From IMG/VR virus record IMGVR_UViG_2802429248_000002: DNA of 41,518 nucleotides, one strand, 5' to 3'. Of this stretch, positions 19,179 to 27,901 are shown one piece after another. The position numbers and the translations under genes are program-made. Under the pieces are notes generated by a model. That model did not search any database. It had not been told where the DNA came from and saw nothing but the letters and a program-made list of their open reading frames with translations. How positions within the stretch are numbered: the first letter of the stretch is position 1; the number at the start of each line of letters is the position of its first letter. The DNA comes from a virus. Its lineage: Duplodnaviria > Heunggongvirae > Uroviricota > Caudoviricetes.

Positions 19179-19786
19179 CAGGACAACCTCGCAATGGTAA
19201 ACTCATCAACCGGTGGCTGTGGTTCCTGTGATTCATTCTGGCTATGCGAGCCAGCACTAAGAATCACGCGATTGTACATATTGAGGGCAAACGTACCGAG
19301 GTCTGCATTCCCAGTCAGCGCCATGTTAATAGCTGCCGCAAGACGCCAGGCCAACGCCTCCATAAAAATGGCATCAAACATGTTCACATCTGAAACGCGA
19401 GAGACATACTTGAGCCATGCCTGCGGCTGGTCTGTGTAGATCAACTTTCCTGTTCCGTTGGTGTCTGCACCAACTTCGTACTGAACGCGCATTGCTGCTG
19501 TTGGATTGCGTACACCAGGAAGCATAATTTCAGTAATGCGCAGACAATCGGACGGGTACTGGTACGCATATTCCCAGTCAGGCGGTGGATTGTTCGTATC
19601 TGCAAGCGCCACGCGTTTGGTAGCAAAGTTCCAGTCAAAATCAGAAAGCACAGCATCACGGCAGGCCTCAAAGTGCAGCGAACATTCCCCTGCTTCCTTG
19701 CTGGCTTCCGTCAGGCTGTTAATGCTGCGGCTGTTGCCAATATTGGACAGCGCACGATTACAGATCTCTACTACAGAGGCCATCAC
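19178..19786 (-). CDS. Tail tubular protein A-like (adaptor)
   Basis: 202 aa; N-terminal pattern (CNRALSNIGNSRSINSLTEAS) resembles T7 gp11 (memory); synteny. Confidence 0.5.
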   Translation of the reverse strand: MMASVVEICNRALSNIGNSRSINSLTEASKEAGECSLHFEACRDAVLSDFDWNFATKRVALADTNNPPPDWEYAYQYPSDCLRITEIMLPGVRNPTAAMRVQYEVGADTNGTGKLIYTDQPQAWLKYVSRVSDVNMFDAIFMEALAWRLAAAINMALTGNADLGTFALNMYNRVILSAGSHSQNESQEPQPPVDEFTIARLS

Positions 19787-20112
19787 TCACCCCCGTTACC
19801 GTAGAGGGTTTCAGCCGCTGATTTTTCTACATCACCGGAAACAGGAGCGATTGCCATATCAGTGATCTGCAGATCGGCGCTGCGATTAACACCATCGTCA
19901 GTTTCTCTGGCAGACAGGCCTCGAATAACAGCCTTTGCAGTTATCATCACTTCTGTTCCGACGCCCTGAGGTTGCGCCTTCAGCTTATTCAATGTGTCGT
20001 TATTAAGAGTGATGCACAGCCCCCACGGGTATTCATCGCGAGTTCTGGTTTCTCCGCTCTCATCCTGGTAGCTGTCAGTGCCGGTTTTGAGGTTTACGAG
20101 TTCCATATACAC
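19783..20112 (-). CDS. Hypothetical structural protein
   Basis: 109 aa ORF within the tightly packed structural operon. Confidence 0.4.
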   Translation of the reverse strand: MYMELVNLKTGTDSYQDESGETRTRDEYPWGLCITLNNDTLNKLKAQPQGVGTEVMITAKAVIRGLSARETDDGVNRSADLQITDMAIAPVSGDVEKSAAETLYGNGGE

Positions 20113-20156
20113 TCCTGCAATAAAGGGGCCGAAGCCCCTTGTCGGATTCGCGAGGC

Positions 20157-20501
20157 TTACACGCCCAGTTCTTTACGCTTATCTGCGATCTTCTCGCGGA
20201 GCGTTTCGGCTTTAGCGTTATGGTGTGGCTTCTCGTTAAAGAGCAATTCGTACTCTTCACGGAGCTTATCCAGTTCACCATCATCTGACACATCATTGAT
20301 GATTTTGGTGCTGGTTGCTGCCATTGACACCTTTCCTGCAACTTTTGCTTTTGCCTGTCTGGCTGCATCGTTAACAGGTTCCAGTGCGCTACCAGGCTCA
20401 CCTTCGTATTCGATTTCTGCCCCCTCCGGCCACAGAGTGTTATGGATATGAGAGAGGCGCAGAACGCGGTATCTTGGTTTCTCACCTGACATCGATATCA
20501 C
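20157..20501 (-). CDS. Hypothetical structural protein
   Basis: 114 aa ORF within the structural operon. Confidence 0.4.
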   Translation of the reverse strand: MISMSGEKPRYRVLRLSHIHNTLWPEGAEIEYEGEPGSALEPVNDAARQAKAKVAGKVSMAATSTKIINDVSDDGELDKLREEYELLFNEKPHHNAKAETLREKIADKRKELGV

Positions 20502-20502
20502 C

Positions 20503-20940
20503 TTAACCAGTTACTTTTGAGCGGATCGGATACGGCGTATTGGCATCAACATCAAGGCTGATACCAGCAGAGAATTCGCCAGCCGTTAGTGGGCCAGTTG
20601 CGACGGAGTAGTTAACACGCAGATATCGCTGAACACCGGCAGGCACCTTTGCAGAAACAACTCGTTTACCTGCTGTCAGGGCGGTCTTTGCCAGTGCGCC
20701 ACTATCATAAATAGTGGTCCATGAGCTGTTATTCTCACTCGTCTGCAACTGGATGTTTACAGTTGCATCACCGCTTGCCGCGGCGGCTGTGTTAACCAGC
20801 GCCCAAAACTCAAGCGGGTAACCCACGCCGATATCACGACGTTTTCCGTCAATTGGACCGAGATCGATTACGTCAGTAGAAGCCGCGGTATCAGTTACCG
20901 CCTGTGCTTCGGAGAACATCAACAGTTTGTCGGTGATCAT
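20503..20940 (-). CDS. Putative capsid-associated (decoration/stapling-like) protein
   Basis: 145 aa, beta-rich, directly downstream of the major capsid gene. Confidence 0.4.
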   Translation of the reverse strand: MITDKLLMFSEAQAVTDTAASTDVIDLGPIDGKRRDIGVGYPLEFWALVNTAAAASGDATVNIQLQTSENNSSWTTIYDSGALAKTALTAGKRVVSAKVPAGVQRYLRVNYSVATGPLTAGEFSAGISLDVDANTPYPIRSKVTG

Positions 20941-20991
20941 CTTCTTTCTCCATTAGTGGGTCTGTTACGACCCACAGGTTAATAACAGGCG

Positions 20992-21984
20992 TTACACCAC
21001 GCGGGCTTCTGTTTCCAGAAGCGCATCAGTTTCACGGATTGGTACACCACGGAATGAAGTCCACCACTCGCCTTCTGTCTCTTTTACGCTGATAGCCAGA
21101 GATGTTTTCTCCAGAGACTGCAGATCAAGAGCCTGGCCTACAGTGCGGTTCATGTAGAACACCGGGCGGCCCATGCCACGGTTTGGAATGCGATGTAGTG
21201 CTTTAACCATCAACTTCGCAATATTTGCGGCAGAGGATGGTTCTGAAAGATTGCTGACATCGATGTTTGCAATGCGAACAACATAACGCCAGTCACGCAG
21301 AGCAAGTCCGTTATCCCATTTGTAATGGGTGCGATAGCCTTCGTACTTGCCGCCATTAGCATCTTCCAGTGTCACCTGGCCTTTATCTTCCATCTGGATG
21401 CCAGCCTTCTGCCCTTTCGGGAAGATGCCATGCACGGTGTTTTCGCCCCACACCACTAACCAGATTGAGGTGTTATCTGTACCCGTGCCACCAGCATCAA
21501 TGATGTTCTGAGCATTACCCGCAGACAGGCTGGAATAGCGGGAGGACAGTCCCATAAACTGCTGAGGGTTAACGCTGGAATCACCATAAAACAGCGTCTG
21601 CGCCATCTGCTGATTCATCGCTTCAATAAATGCGCGGTCTTCAGACAGGCGGAATTCAGCGGTATTGCCGTTCAGATCAGCCAGTGACTTATCGACTTCA
21701 GCATAGGTTTCCAGCATGCCAACGGAATCGGTTACCTGCACTGTGGTTGATTTGCTTGGCTGTACGCCATAGTTCAGCAAACGCCAGGTAGCTGAAGGTA
21801 AACCAGAACGAATGGTGGTTCGGTGTCCGGTAGGAAGGTTCCCTTCGACAAAAGGCATATCCTGAAGGATCGGGTTAGTTTGACCGAGAAGCTCGATAAT
21901 CTTATCGACTTTCCCGTTTGGATCGACGCGCTTACCCCAGTCAGCCAGCGTTAGCGCAGTTAAGCCTTTAACAGCCATTGTCAT
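20992..21984 (-). CDS. Major capsid protein
   Basis: 330 aa; follows the scaffold gene; size and composition typical of an HK97-fold capsid protein of epsilon15-type podoviruses (memory). Confidence 0.7.
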   Translation of the reverse strand: MTMAVKGLTALTLADWGKRVDPNGKVDKIIELLGQTNPILQDMPFVEGNLPTGHRTTIRSGLPSATWRLLNYGVQPSKSTTVQVTDSVGMLETYAEVDKSLADLNGNTAEFRLSEDRAFIEAMNQQMAQTLFYGDSSVNPQQFMGLSSRYSSLSAGNAQNIIDAGGTGTDNTSIWLVVWGENTVHGIFPKGQKAGIQMEDKGQVTLEDANGGKYEGYRTHYKWDNGLALRDWRYVVRIANIDVSNLSEPSSAANIAKLMVKALHRIPNRGMGRPVFYMNRTVGQALDLQSLEKTSLAISVKETEGEWWTSFRGVPIRETDALLETEARVV

Positions 21985-21992
21985 TTCCTCTC

Positions 21993-22694
21993 TTATTTGC
22001 CATAGAGCACTTCGGCCGCACTACGCTGGCCTTCATTACCACCGGTGACCATGCCATCTTCAGACATCGCCTTTCCGATTTTCACGAACGTTTTGACCAG
22101 ATCAGGGTGATTACCCAGCCCGGTGGTGTTCAGATATTCTTTGAGTTCAGGTGTCCCGAACTGGTCAAGCGCACGCTGTGCGGCGCTAAGGTTAGAAATC
22201 AACTTGTCGCCACCGATTTCTTTGTCAGCTTTTACATCCGCAGCCCACTGCTCGGTTGTTTTCTGCCAGGCTTCTGCCTGGCGCTGCTGAACACCTGCCA
22301 GAATCTTCGGATAAGCATCAACCAGCTTTTGCGCTTGCTCGTTGGTCAGGTTTAGTTCTCGCGCCACCGGCTCGAATTCCTTCAACGCTTCTGTATCCAG
22401 CTCTACGCCTTCGGCAGCCTGAAACTCGTACTTCTCAGGCGCACCCTCAGGTTTATCGCCGTCCTTTTTTTCATCCTGCTTATCGTTTTCAGGCTTTTTG
22501 TCATCAGCAGGTTTATCGCCATCAGCAACAGGTTGTGGCTTATCACCTTCCTGTTGTGATGGATCACCAACTGGAGCAGGGTTATCACCTGCAGGCGCTG
22601 ACGGTTCTGACGCAGCCGGAGCTGCTCCACCATCGACTGGTTGCTCATTGCAAAGACGGCGATACAGCAAACGCTCAAATAAATTCATGATCAC
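21993..22694 (-). CDS. Scaffolding protein
   Basis: 233 aa; acidic Pro/Asp/Lys-rich low-complexity N-terminal half, helical C-terminal half; between portal and capsid genes. Confidence 0.6.
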   Translation of the reverse strand: MIMNLFERLLYRRLCNEQPVDGGAAPAASEPSAPAGDNPAPVGDPSQQEGDKPQPVADGDKPADDKKPENDKQDEKKDGDKPEGAPEKYEFQAAEGVELDTEALKEFEPVARELNLTNEQAQKLVDAYPKILAGVQQRQAEAWQKTTEQWAADVKADKEIGGDKLISNLSAAQRALDQFGTPELKEYLNTTGLGNHPDLVKTFVKIGKAMSEDGMVTGGNEGQRSAAEVLYGK

Positions 22695-22987
22695 TCCTGT
22701 TCACTGGCCTCTTTGGCCATCTTCAAATACTGTTCAGGGCAATGCGCCATAACGCGCTGAAACAGTTCCAGCGCCAGATTGCGTTGCCCCTCATTAAATG
22801 CCATTGCCATAGCGTCCATCGGTGAGATAGCGGAAAACACACGGCCTTTCTCCAGCACCGACCAGACAACGCGACGCCCCTGTTCACTGCTCATGACAAA
22901 GCGAATGTCATCAATTTCACGCTGCGCCATGTCACGTTGCTTACGGGCGTTTTCTTCTTTCAGTTGATCGTCTTCGTAATCTGTCAT
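22691..22987 (-). CDS. Hypothetical protein between portal and scaffold
   Basis: 98 aa, charged and helical; overlaps the portal stop. Confidence 0.45.
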   Translation of the reverse strand: MTDYEDDQLKEENARKQRDMAQREIDDIRFVMSSEQGRRVVWSVLEKGRVFSAISPMDAMAMAFNEGQRNLALELFQRVMAHCPEQYLKMAKEASEQE

Positions 22988-24663
22988 TGTGATTGCCCAC
23001 CCTGACCACTAACTGCATTCGCCATAGCTGACAAAACACTCGGATCCGAAGTTTTAGCTTCGCTTAGCGTCTTGGCACCCTGTGCCGCCGCCATCCCCAT
23101 CGCCATCATTTGTTGCTGCTGTTGCTGCTGTGCCCGTTGCTGGCGAGCCTGCTCAACCTGTTCCTGCGGAACAATGACGGTTGGAGACACTCCGGACATA
23201 TCAGCGAATGCATCGATCGCCTGATCAACGTTGAGTTTGTCGAGAGCTTCTGGTTTCGCTTGCGCAAGTTGACCAATGAAGTTAACCGTGGACGCCAGAC
23301 TGGACAGGCCGATAGACTTCTGCGCCTGAGCCATGACGGAAATGTATTCGACCTTCAGGGGCATACCTTCCATCGCGTCAGGCGGTGGCGGCAGCATGTT
23401 TTTACGCACCATCATCGAGAAAGCGCGGTCAATGAGAGGGTTAAGACATTCGTCGTTCAGACGCTCCAGAACCGGCCCCAACATCAGAAGCTTTTCTTCT
23501 TTCATTTCGATCACTGCTTCAACAGGCATCGAGCGGGTATTGATGTTCTGCAACATCATGAACAGATCGACAAAGTAGGCGCTGTTAATGATTTGACGGG
23601 TGTCCTGAATGTCTGCTACCAAATCTGCTGTACTGGGGTTAACCAGATAAGCAGGCCTGAAGCCATCCTGACCAGTAATCTGATCGATATACGTGATGTC
23701 GCCAGGAAGAAGGGAGGCGCGCTGATTCTTGAGGGAAGTCGGAGCAACCATCGGCGGATTGGTGGCTTTATCAATCAACTGCGACTTGCGCTTCTGGAGA
23801 AGCTGCAATGCCTTAACAGGTCCAAGCGCCAGCATACCAGGGCATGATGATCCATAAACATCTTCGCCGTTAACTTCCCAGCGCGGAGCCATAATTGGAA
23901 ACTCATCGAATCCGGACTCACGCAACAACTTGTCGTTATCGCCACCAACCTCGTAATAAACCGATTTGAATGGCTTGTTCTTGCTATCCAGCTTCGATGT
24001 ATCGCGGTCAATGTTCGGGTAAACCGAATGCATCACTTCAATCCACTTCTCGTAGGTGCCGCTTTCCCACATGCTTTTTACGGATTCGCTGACGTTATTT
24101 AGCCCGAACTCCTGAACAAGCTGACGAACAGTCATAGAGAACTTGCGAAAACAGGTGTCCACACTGCCACGAGGTGAGTTAGCCAGGTAGTAACTGCCTA
24201 TCGGGAATGGCATTGTGCGAATGATGTCCTCGTCATCCTCCAGCACCGCCATTGCACCAGTGCTGTATGTGCCGAGGCTTCCGTATAACTGCGGAAGAGA
24301 CTGGTAGAGATTCGACTTATTGAACATATCGTTCATGCGGTTCTGCACCGCCTCAAGCCACAACTTAACAGGGCCATAATCCATCATTTCAGGATCTGGC
24401 GTAGCCAGGCGAAACCACGGACGCGCGGGGCTTGTGATGCCTGACATCATGCCGCTGGCGAGAGTGCGCGCCGCCATAGTCCCGGTCGAATCAATAATGC
24501 GTGTATTGCGTCGATCGTTACGGTTGACCTCAGAAGTCAGAAAGCGGGAACCACGCGGGTTGATGTAATCACTCAACTCGCGCCAGTGCGGCTCGAACGA
24601 CTGACGCTCGCTTTCAAGTTGTGCGAACTGTTTGTTCAATCGCTCTTTAGTTGTTTCCGCCAT
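22984..24663 (-). CDS. Portal protein
   Basis: 559 aa; first large gene downstream of terminase in the operon; C-terminal poly-Gln/Ala tail. Confidence 0.75.
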   Translation of the reverse strand: MAETTKERLNKQFAQLESERQSFEPHWRELSDYINPRGSRFLTSEVNRNDRRNTRIIDSTGTMAARTLASGMMSGITSPARPWFRLATPDPEMMDYGPVKLWLEAVQNRMNDMFNKSNLYQSLPQLYGSLGTYSTGAMAVLEDDEDIIRTMPFPIGSYYLANSPRGSVDTCFRKFSMTVRQLVQEFGLNNVSESVKSMWESGTYEKWIEVMHSVYPNIDRDTSKLDSKNKPFKSVYYEVGGDNDKLLRESGFDEFPIMAPRWEVNGEDVYGSSCPGMLALGPVKALQLLQKRKSQLIDKATNPPMVAPTSLKNQRASLLPGDITYIDQITGQDGFRPAYLVNPSTADLVADIQDTRQIINSAYFVDLFMMLQNINTRSMPVEAVIEMKEEKLLMLGPVLERLNDECLNPLIDRAFSMMVRKNMLPPPPDAMEGMPLKVEYISVMAQAQKSIGLSSLASTVNFIGQLAQAKPEALDKLNVDQAIDAFADMSGVSPTVIVPQEQVEQARQQRAQQQQQQQMMAMGMAAAQGAKTLSEAKTSDPSVLSAMANAVSGQGGQSQ

Positions 24664-24677
24664 TTCAATGACTCCGG

Positions 24678-24884
24678 TTACTGACCAAGCAGCGTTTTAC
24701 CGCTGGTATTAGCGGTTGATGTGTCGCCCTGAGAACCGGTGAGCAGCGTAGAACTACGACCAGCAGCAGCGCGACGGCGACGAGTTTCTTCGTCGCGGGC
24801 ATCAACAACGGCGGCATCCTGCTCCTGTGGTGCTGCCTGAACTTCTGGTGTTGCAGGCACTGATGGTGAGCTACCCATGCACAT
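24678..24884 (-). CDS. Small disordered protein upstream of portal (hypothetical)
   Basis: 68 aa; GGAG 9 nt upstream of ATG; Ala/Thr/Ser-rich. The competing 24665-24904 frame starts at TTG and is disfavoured. Confidence 0.35.
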   Translation of the reverse strand: MCMGSSPSVPATPEVQAAPQEQDAAVVDARDEETRRRRAAAGRSSTLLTGSQGDTSTANTSGKTLLGQ

Positions 24885-24952
24885 ATCAATGACTCCGTAC
24901 GCAATTAAACTATTACCAATTTAACCACATATGATTTATTTATCGTAGATAG

Positions 24953-24989
24953 TTGACATTTAACGCACAAATTATTACCTTTCAGGTAA
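24953..24989 (+). promoter_or_regulatory. Sigma70-like promoter (TTGACA-17-TACCTT) overlapped by operator palindrome TTACCTTTCAGGTAA
   Basis: -35 TTGACA 24953-24958, 17-bp spacer, -10 TACCTT 24976-24981; palindrome 24975-24989 covers the -10 and start site. Points rightward into the leader and tRNA-Arg. Confidence 0.5.
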
Positions 24990-25311
24990 CCAAAGAGTTC
25001 ATTCCGGTTACTAACCTGACTGGCTTGTCGTTAAATTGAACAGGTGGAGTGAGCTTTTATTTTGAGCAGTACGGCGTATGGCACATGCGCCGGTAGCGGT
25101 CTGGATACGTTTAAGGGGCTCCCTCCCTTGCTCGGGCAAACGAACCAGGTAGCCGGAATGTGCAAGTCGAGCGGTTTTATTCCGCGCACGGGGATTCACC
25201 ATCCCGGCGATTCGGTGTGACGCCTCGGAAGAGACGAGGGTACAACGATGAGAGCATTTATGGAGCCGCGACAAAGTGTGGCGCCTTAACAGGCTAAGTG
25301 CTCTCAGCGTT

Positions 25312-25388
25312 GTGGCATTAGCTCAGTTGGACAGAGCAACCGCCTTCTAAGCGGTTGGTCGCAGGTTCGAATCCTGCATGCCACGCCA
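25312..25388 (+). tRNA. tRNA-Arg (anticodon UCU), phage-encoded
   Basis: Cloverleaf readable by eye: acceptor GTGGCAT/ATGCCAC, D-arm GCTC-AGTTGGACA-GAGC, anticodon stem ACCGC/GCGGT with loop CTTCTAA, variable TGGTC, T-arm GCAGG-TTCGAAT-CCTGC, discriminator G, encoded CCA. Confidence 0.9.
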
Positions 25389-25431
25389 GAATCACGCCTA
25401 AGGACCGTGATGCCAGAAGTTCCAGGGGCTT

Positions 25432-25473
25432 GGCGGTGATGGTTTCCCTTGAAGGGCTATCACCGCCCTTTTT
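25432..25473 (+). terminator. Intrinsic terminator downstream of tRNA-Arg
   Basis: Stem GGCGGTGAT (25432-25440) / ATCACCGCC (25459-25467) followed by CTTTTT. Confidence 0.6.
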
Positions 25474-25550
25474 ACAGCAGGACGCCATTGCGATGACTTC
25501 ATGCTGTAAACCAGTACAGCCACGGAAGGCATAACTCATTGCTTCCAGTT

Positions 25551-25576
25551 CGCCCGGTTCGCCGGGCATTTTTTTG
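25551..25576 (+). terminator. Second intrinsic terminator (TTCG tetraloop hairpin plus T7 run)
   Basis: GCCCGG-TTCG-CCGGGC hairpin (25552-25567) followed by seven T. Confidence 0.6.
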
Positions 25577-25591
25577 CTTGATGACCGCAAA

Positions 25592-25606
25592 TTACCTTAA
25601 AGGTAT
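25592..25606. promoter_or_regulatory. Operator palindrome TTACCTTAAAGGTAT overlapping the RBS/-10 region of the cargo gene
   Basis: Ends 4 nt before ATG 25611; a consensus TATAAT hexamer (25604-25609) overlaps its right arm. Confidence 0.45.
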
Positions 25607-25610
25607 AATC

Positions 25611-26429
25611 ATGAAAAACTTCAAGGTAATTAGCATGTTTGAATCGTTTAAAGAGCTGTTTTTATCTACTGCCAATACTGCCGTGAATCGAGCCAAAAAC
25701 CCTGTGCTTGGTGCTTTTGTTATGTCCTGGTGCGCCTTCAACTGGAAATCAATTCTTTATCTATTTTTTAGCAAATCAAACATAATAGATAAAATTTCAT
25801 ATATCTCAGATAACAGCACATGGAAAACTGTTATGTTTTATCCATGCTTATCTGTAATTGCTATCTGCTGCCTATTACCATGGGTAAACAATATCATTAA
25901 CGTATGGCAAGCAAAGCCTCTTGATAATAATGACTCAATCGAAAATCACCTGAAGGCAAGAAAAATCCAGCGTGAAACCAGACTGCAGAGGTTATTGGCT
26001 AAAAAAGATGTTACATACGACAAAGTTAAGACTGGCGCGGAAAAAGACATCCAAGAGATGAAAGAAGAGATTATTCGATCAAAGAATAGTATGGGGGAAT
26101 TGACTGCTGAGTTGAAAGCTAAAGATGACGAATTGAGATCCGCCAGTGCTCAGTTAGCAGCTCTAAATCATTCATTAAAAGAGATATCGGAAACTCTTGG
26201 AAGAATGAATGAGGCATATAAGACCCTCCAAAATGATTTCGACGAATACAAACTCAAATACCCTGAAAAATCTCAAATAAAAAGCCTTGCACTTGGCAAC
26301 GGCCAAACAATTAGCAACTTTTTGGAGCAACACAACTTATCCGGATTAAAATCTGGTAAGCCAAACGTTTTTAATAACTTTGGTGTTCTATCTGGATTAT
26401 CAGGTTTCGAGGATAAAAATAAAGACTAA
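25611..26429 (+). CDS. Membrane protein with C-terminal coiled-coil, function unknown (candidate abortive-infection/exclusion factor)
   Basis: Start taken at MKNFKV (ATG 25611). 272 aa; two hydrophobic helices near the N-terminus, then a long charged heptad-like region (..ELTAELKAKDDELRSASAQLAALNHSLKEISETLGRMNEAYKTLQNDFDEYK..). AT-rich by eye; opposite strand to the flanking terminase and portal genes. Confidence 0.55.
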   Translation: MKNFKVISMFESFKELFLSTANTAVNRAKNPVLGAFVMSWCAFNWKSILYLFFSKSNIIDKISYISDNSTWKTVMFYPCLSVIAICCLLPWVNNIINVWQAKPLDNNDSIENHLKARKIQRETRLQRLLAKKDVTYDKVKTGAEKDIQEMKEEIIRSKNSMGELTAELKAKDDELRSASAQLAALNHSLKEISETLGRMNEAYKTLQNDFDEYKLKYPEKSQIKSLALGNGQTISNFLEQHNLSGLKSGKPNVFNNFGVLSGLSGFEDKNKD

Positions 26430-27901
26430 GCATATGGATCGTACTCGGTAAGCGCCTTGCCTTGCTGGTTCTGCTGCCCGGGAAGTCGCAGGCGCTTTGA
26501 CACCGGGAAAGCAAACGTCAGCAGTAGCGCATCGCCTTTACCAGGCGAACGCCCAAGCCGCTCCTTGATATCTTCCTTCGGTTCGATAACGATTTTACCG
26601 TCCACTCGAACTTTGTACTCTGCCGCCGACAGATCGTCCGCTGTTTCCTGGTCATCCAGCATCCCGCCCAGCCTCAGCCATGTCTTGCATGAGTTGAACA
26701 TCTCCCCACGCTTGTTGAGCATCTGCGGGTCAGTAGACGCGCCACCGAACGGAACAAGTTGCCATGTACGACCCCAGCCGTCACCGATTGACTTCAAACC
26801 GGTTCCGTAACCGAAGTCGATGAACACCGCGTCAGCCTGATACTGGTCTTCAAAGTCAGCGATACGCTTCGCCATAATCAGATCGTCGGTAGTCTTGTTG
26901 CCAGTCCACAGCACCTTACTGTGTAGCCCCTGCCGCAGGTATATCACCGCGTCATCAACGCCTGAATATGCCGGGTCAACACCGATTATCACCGGAGCAT
27001 GCGCCACCTGCGCAGCGGTTACCACCCGTTTCATTGCCTCATCAGTAAGACCGGTAGGGATAAACTGCAATTCAGATGCATCAGGGAATATGCCGCGCAC
27101 ACGGATTTTAACGAAGTCGCTGTCTTCCCCGTAGTCATCAACCCATTTCTGCAACTGCTGTTTGTTAGTGCCTTCCACCGTTCGGCTGTCAATCTGCGCA
27201 GTTTTCCAGCGGTGTTTATATTTGCGGAAACATTCGCGGAAACGTCCGGTGTTACGTGTAGGGTTTCCGAACGCCACCCAGATAATCTCAGTGTCTTCGT
27301 CCGTTAGCGCACCCTCGGCAACTTCCCACACCAGATCCGCAATGTTCGACGCTTCATCAAATACCACGATGATGCGTTTACGCTCGTTGTGTAGTCCGGC
27401 GAATGCCTCAGTGTTGTGCTCAGACCAAGGGATTGCGTCAGCTCGCCACCGCTTGTCGTGCCCAGGATCATTGCTGTACATCGCGGTAGCGGTACAGGTA
27501 AACCAGTCTTTCGTGATAGCAAGGTTCGACCACTTGATAATTTCCGGCCAGGTCTTAGTTCGTAGCTGGTTGTCGGTGTTGGCGGTCACCACGACCTTAC
27601 AATCCTCGCAAGTGGACATGCCCCAGTTGATCAGCATTGAGATGAATGCGGATTTACCAATACCGTGACCAGAAGCGCGTGCCAGCATAAGCGGCTGATA
27701 GCGCGTCTCTGGATTCTGCAGGTGATCACGTATCTCTCGGAACGCATCAGCCTGCCACTGACGTGGGCCGGTGGCATGTGCCAGTTCAGTCCCCTCTTCC
27801 CCCCACGGGAACGCATAGAGGGCATAGCCAAGCGGATCGTGAGTGAACCCTGCAATATCCTCGATCAACTGCTCTTCAGGAGATAACGCTGTATCTGTCA
27901 C
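26426..27901 (-). CDS. Terminase large subunit
   Basis: 491 aa; N-terminal P-loop-like ATPase region (GHGIGKS), acidic nuclease-like C-terminal half; overlaps the small-subunit stop; precedes portal. Confidence 0.8.
   Translation of the reverse strand: MTDTALSPEEQLIEDIAGFTHDPLGYALYAFPWGEEGTELAHATGPRQWQADAFREIRDHLQNPETRYQPLMLARASGHGIGKSAFISMLINWGMSTCEDCKVVVTANTDNQLRTKTWPEIIKWSNLAITKDWFTCTATAMYSNDPGHDKRWRADAIPWSEHNTEAFAGLHNERKRIIVVFDEASNIADLVWEVAEGALTDEDTEIIWVAFGNPTRNTGRFRECFRKYKHRWKTAQIDSRTVEGTNKQQLQKWVDDYGEDSDFVKIRVRGIFPDASELQFIPTGLTDEAMKRVVTAAQVAHAPVIIGVDPAYSGVDDAVIYLRQGLHSKVLWTGNKTTDDLIMAKRIADFEDQYQADAVFIDFGYGTGLKSIGDGWGRTWQLVPFGGASTDPQMLNKRGEMFNSCKTWLRLGGMLDDQETADDLSAAEYKVRVDGKIVIEPKEDIKERLGRSPGKGDALLLTFAFPVSKRLRLPGQQNQQGKALTEYDPYA

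Noticed and set aside
23100-23135. CTG/CAG trinucleotide run at the 3' end of the portal gene
   Set aside because: Encodes the poly-Gln/Ala C-terminal tail of the portal protein; a coding low-complexity tract, not a regulatory repeat.
25011-25311. Possible second tRNA, retron msr/msd or type III toxin-antitoxin repeat RNA upstream of tRNA-Arg
   Set aside because: No second T-arm/acceptor pattern, no reverse transcriptase gene nearby, and no tandem repeats in the leader.
25011-25590. Minus-strand track ORFs 25011-25274 and 25318-25590
   Set aside because: The first is Arg-rich with no start context and covers the untranslated leader; the second runs antisense through the tRNA-Arg and terminators. 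Both treated as spurious.
25877-25889. TTACCATGGGTAA inside the cargo gene, and GGTAATAGTTACC at 28541-28553
   Set aside because: Different spacing (N3) or inverted arm order relative to the operator family; not counted.
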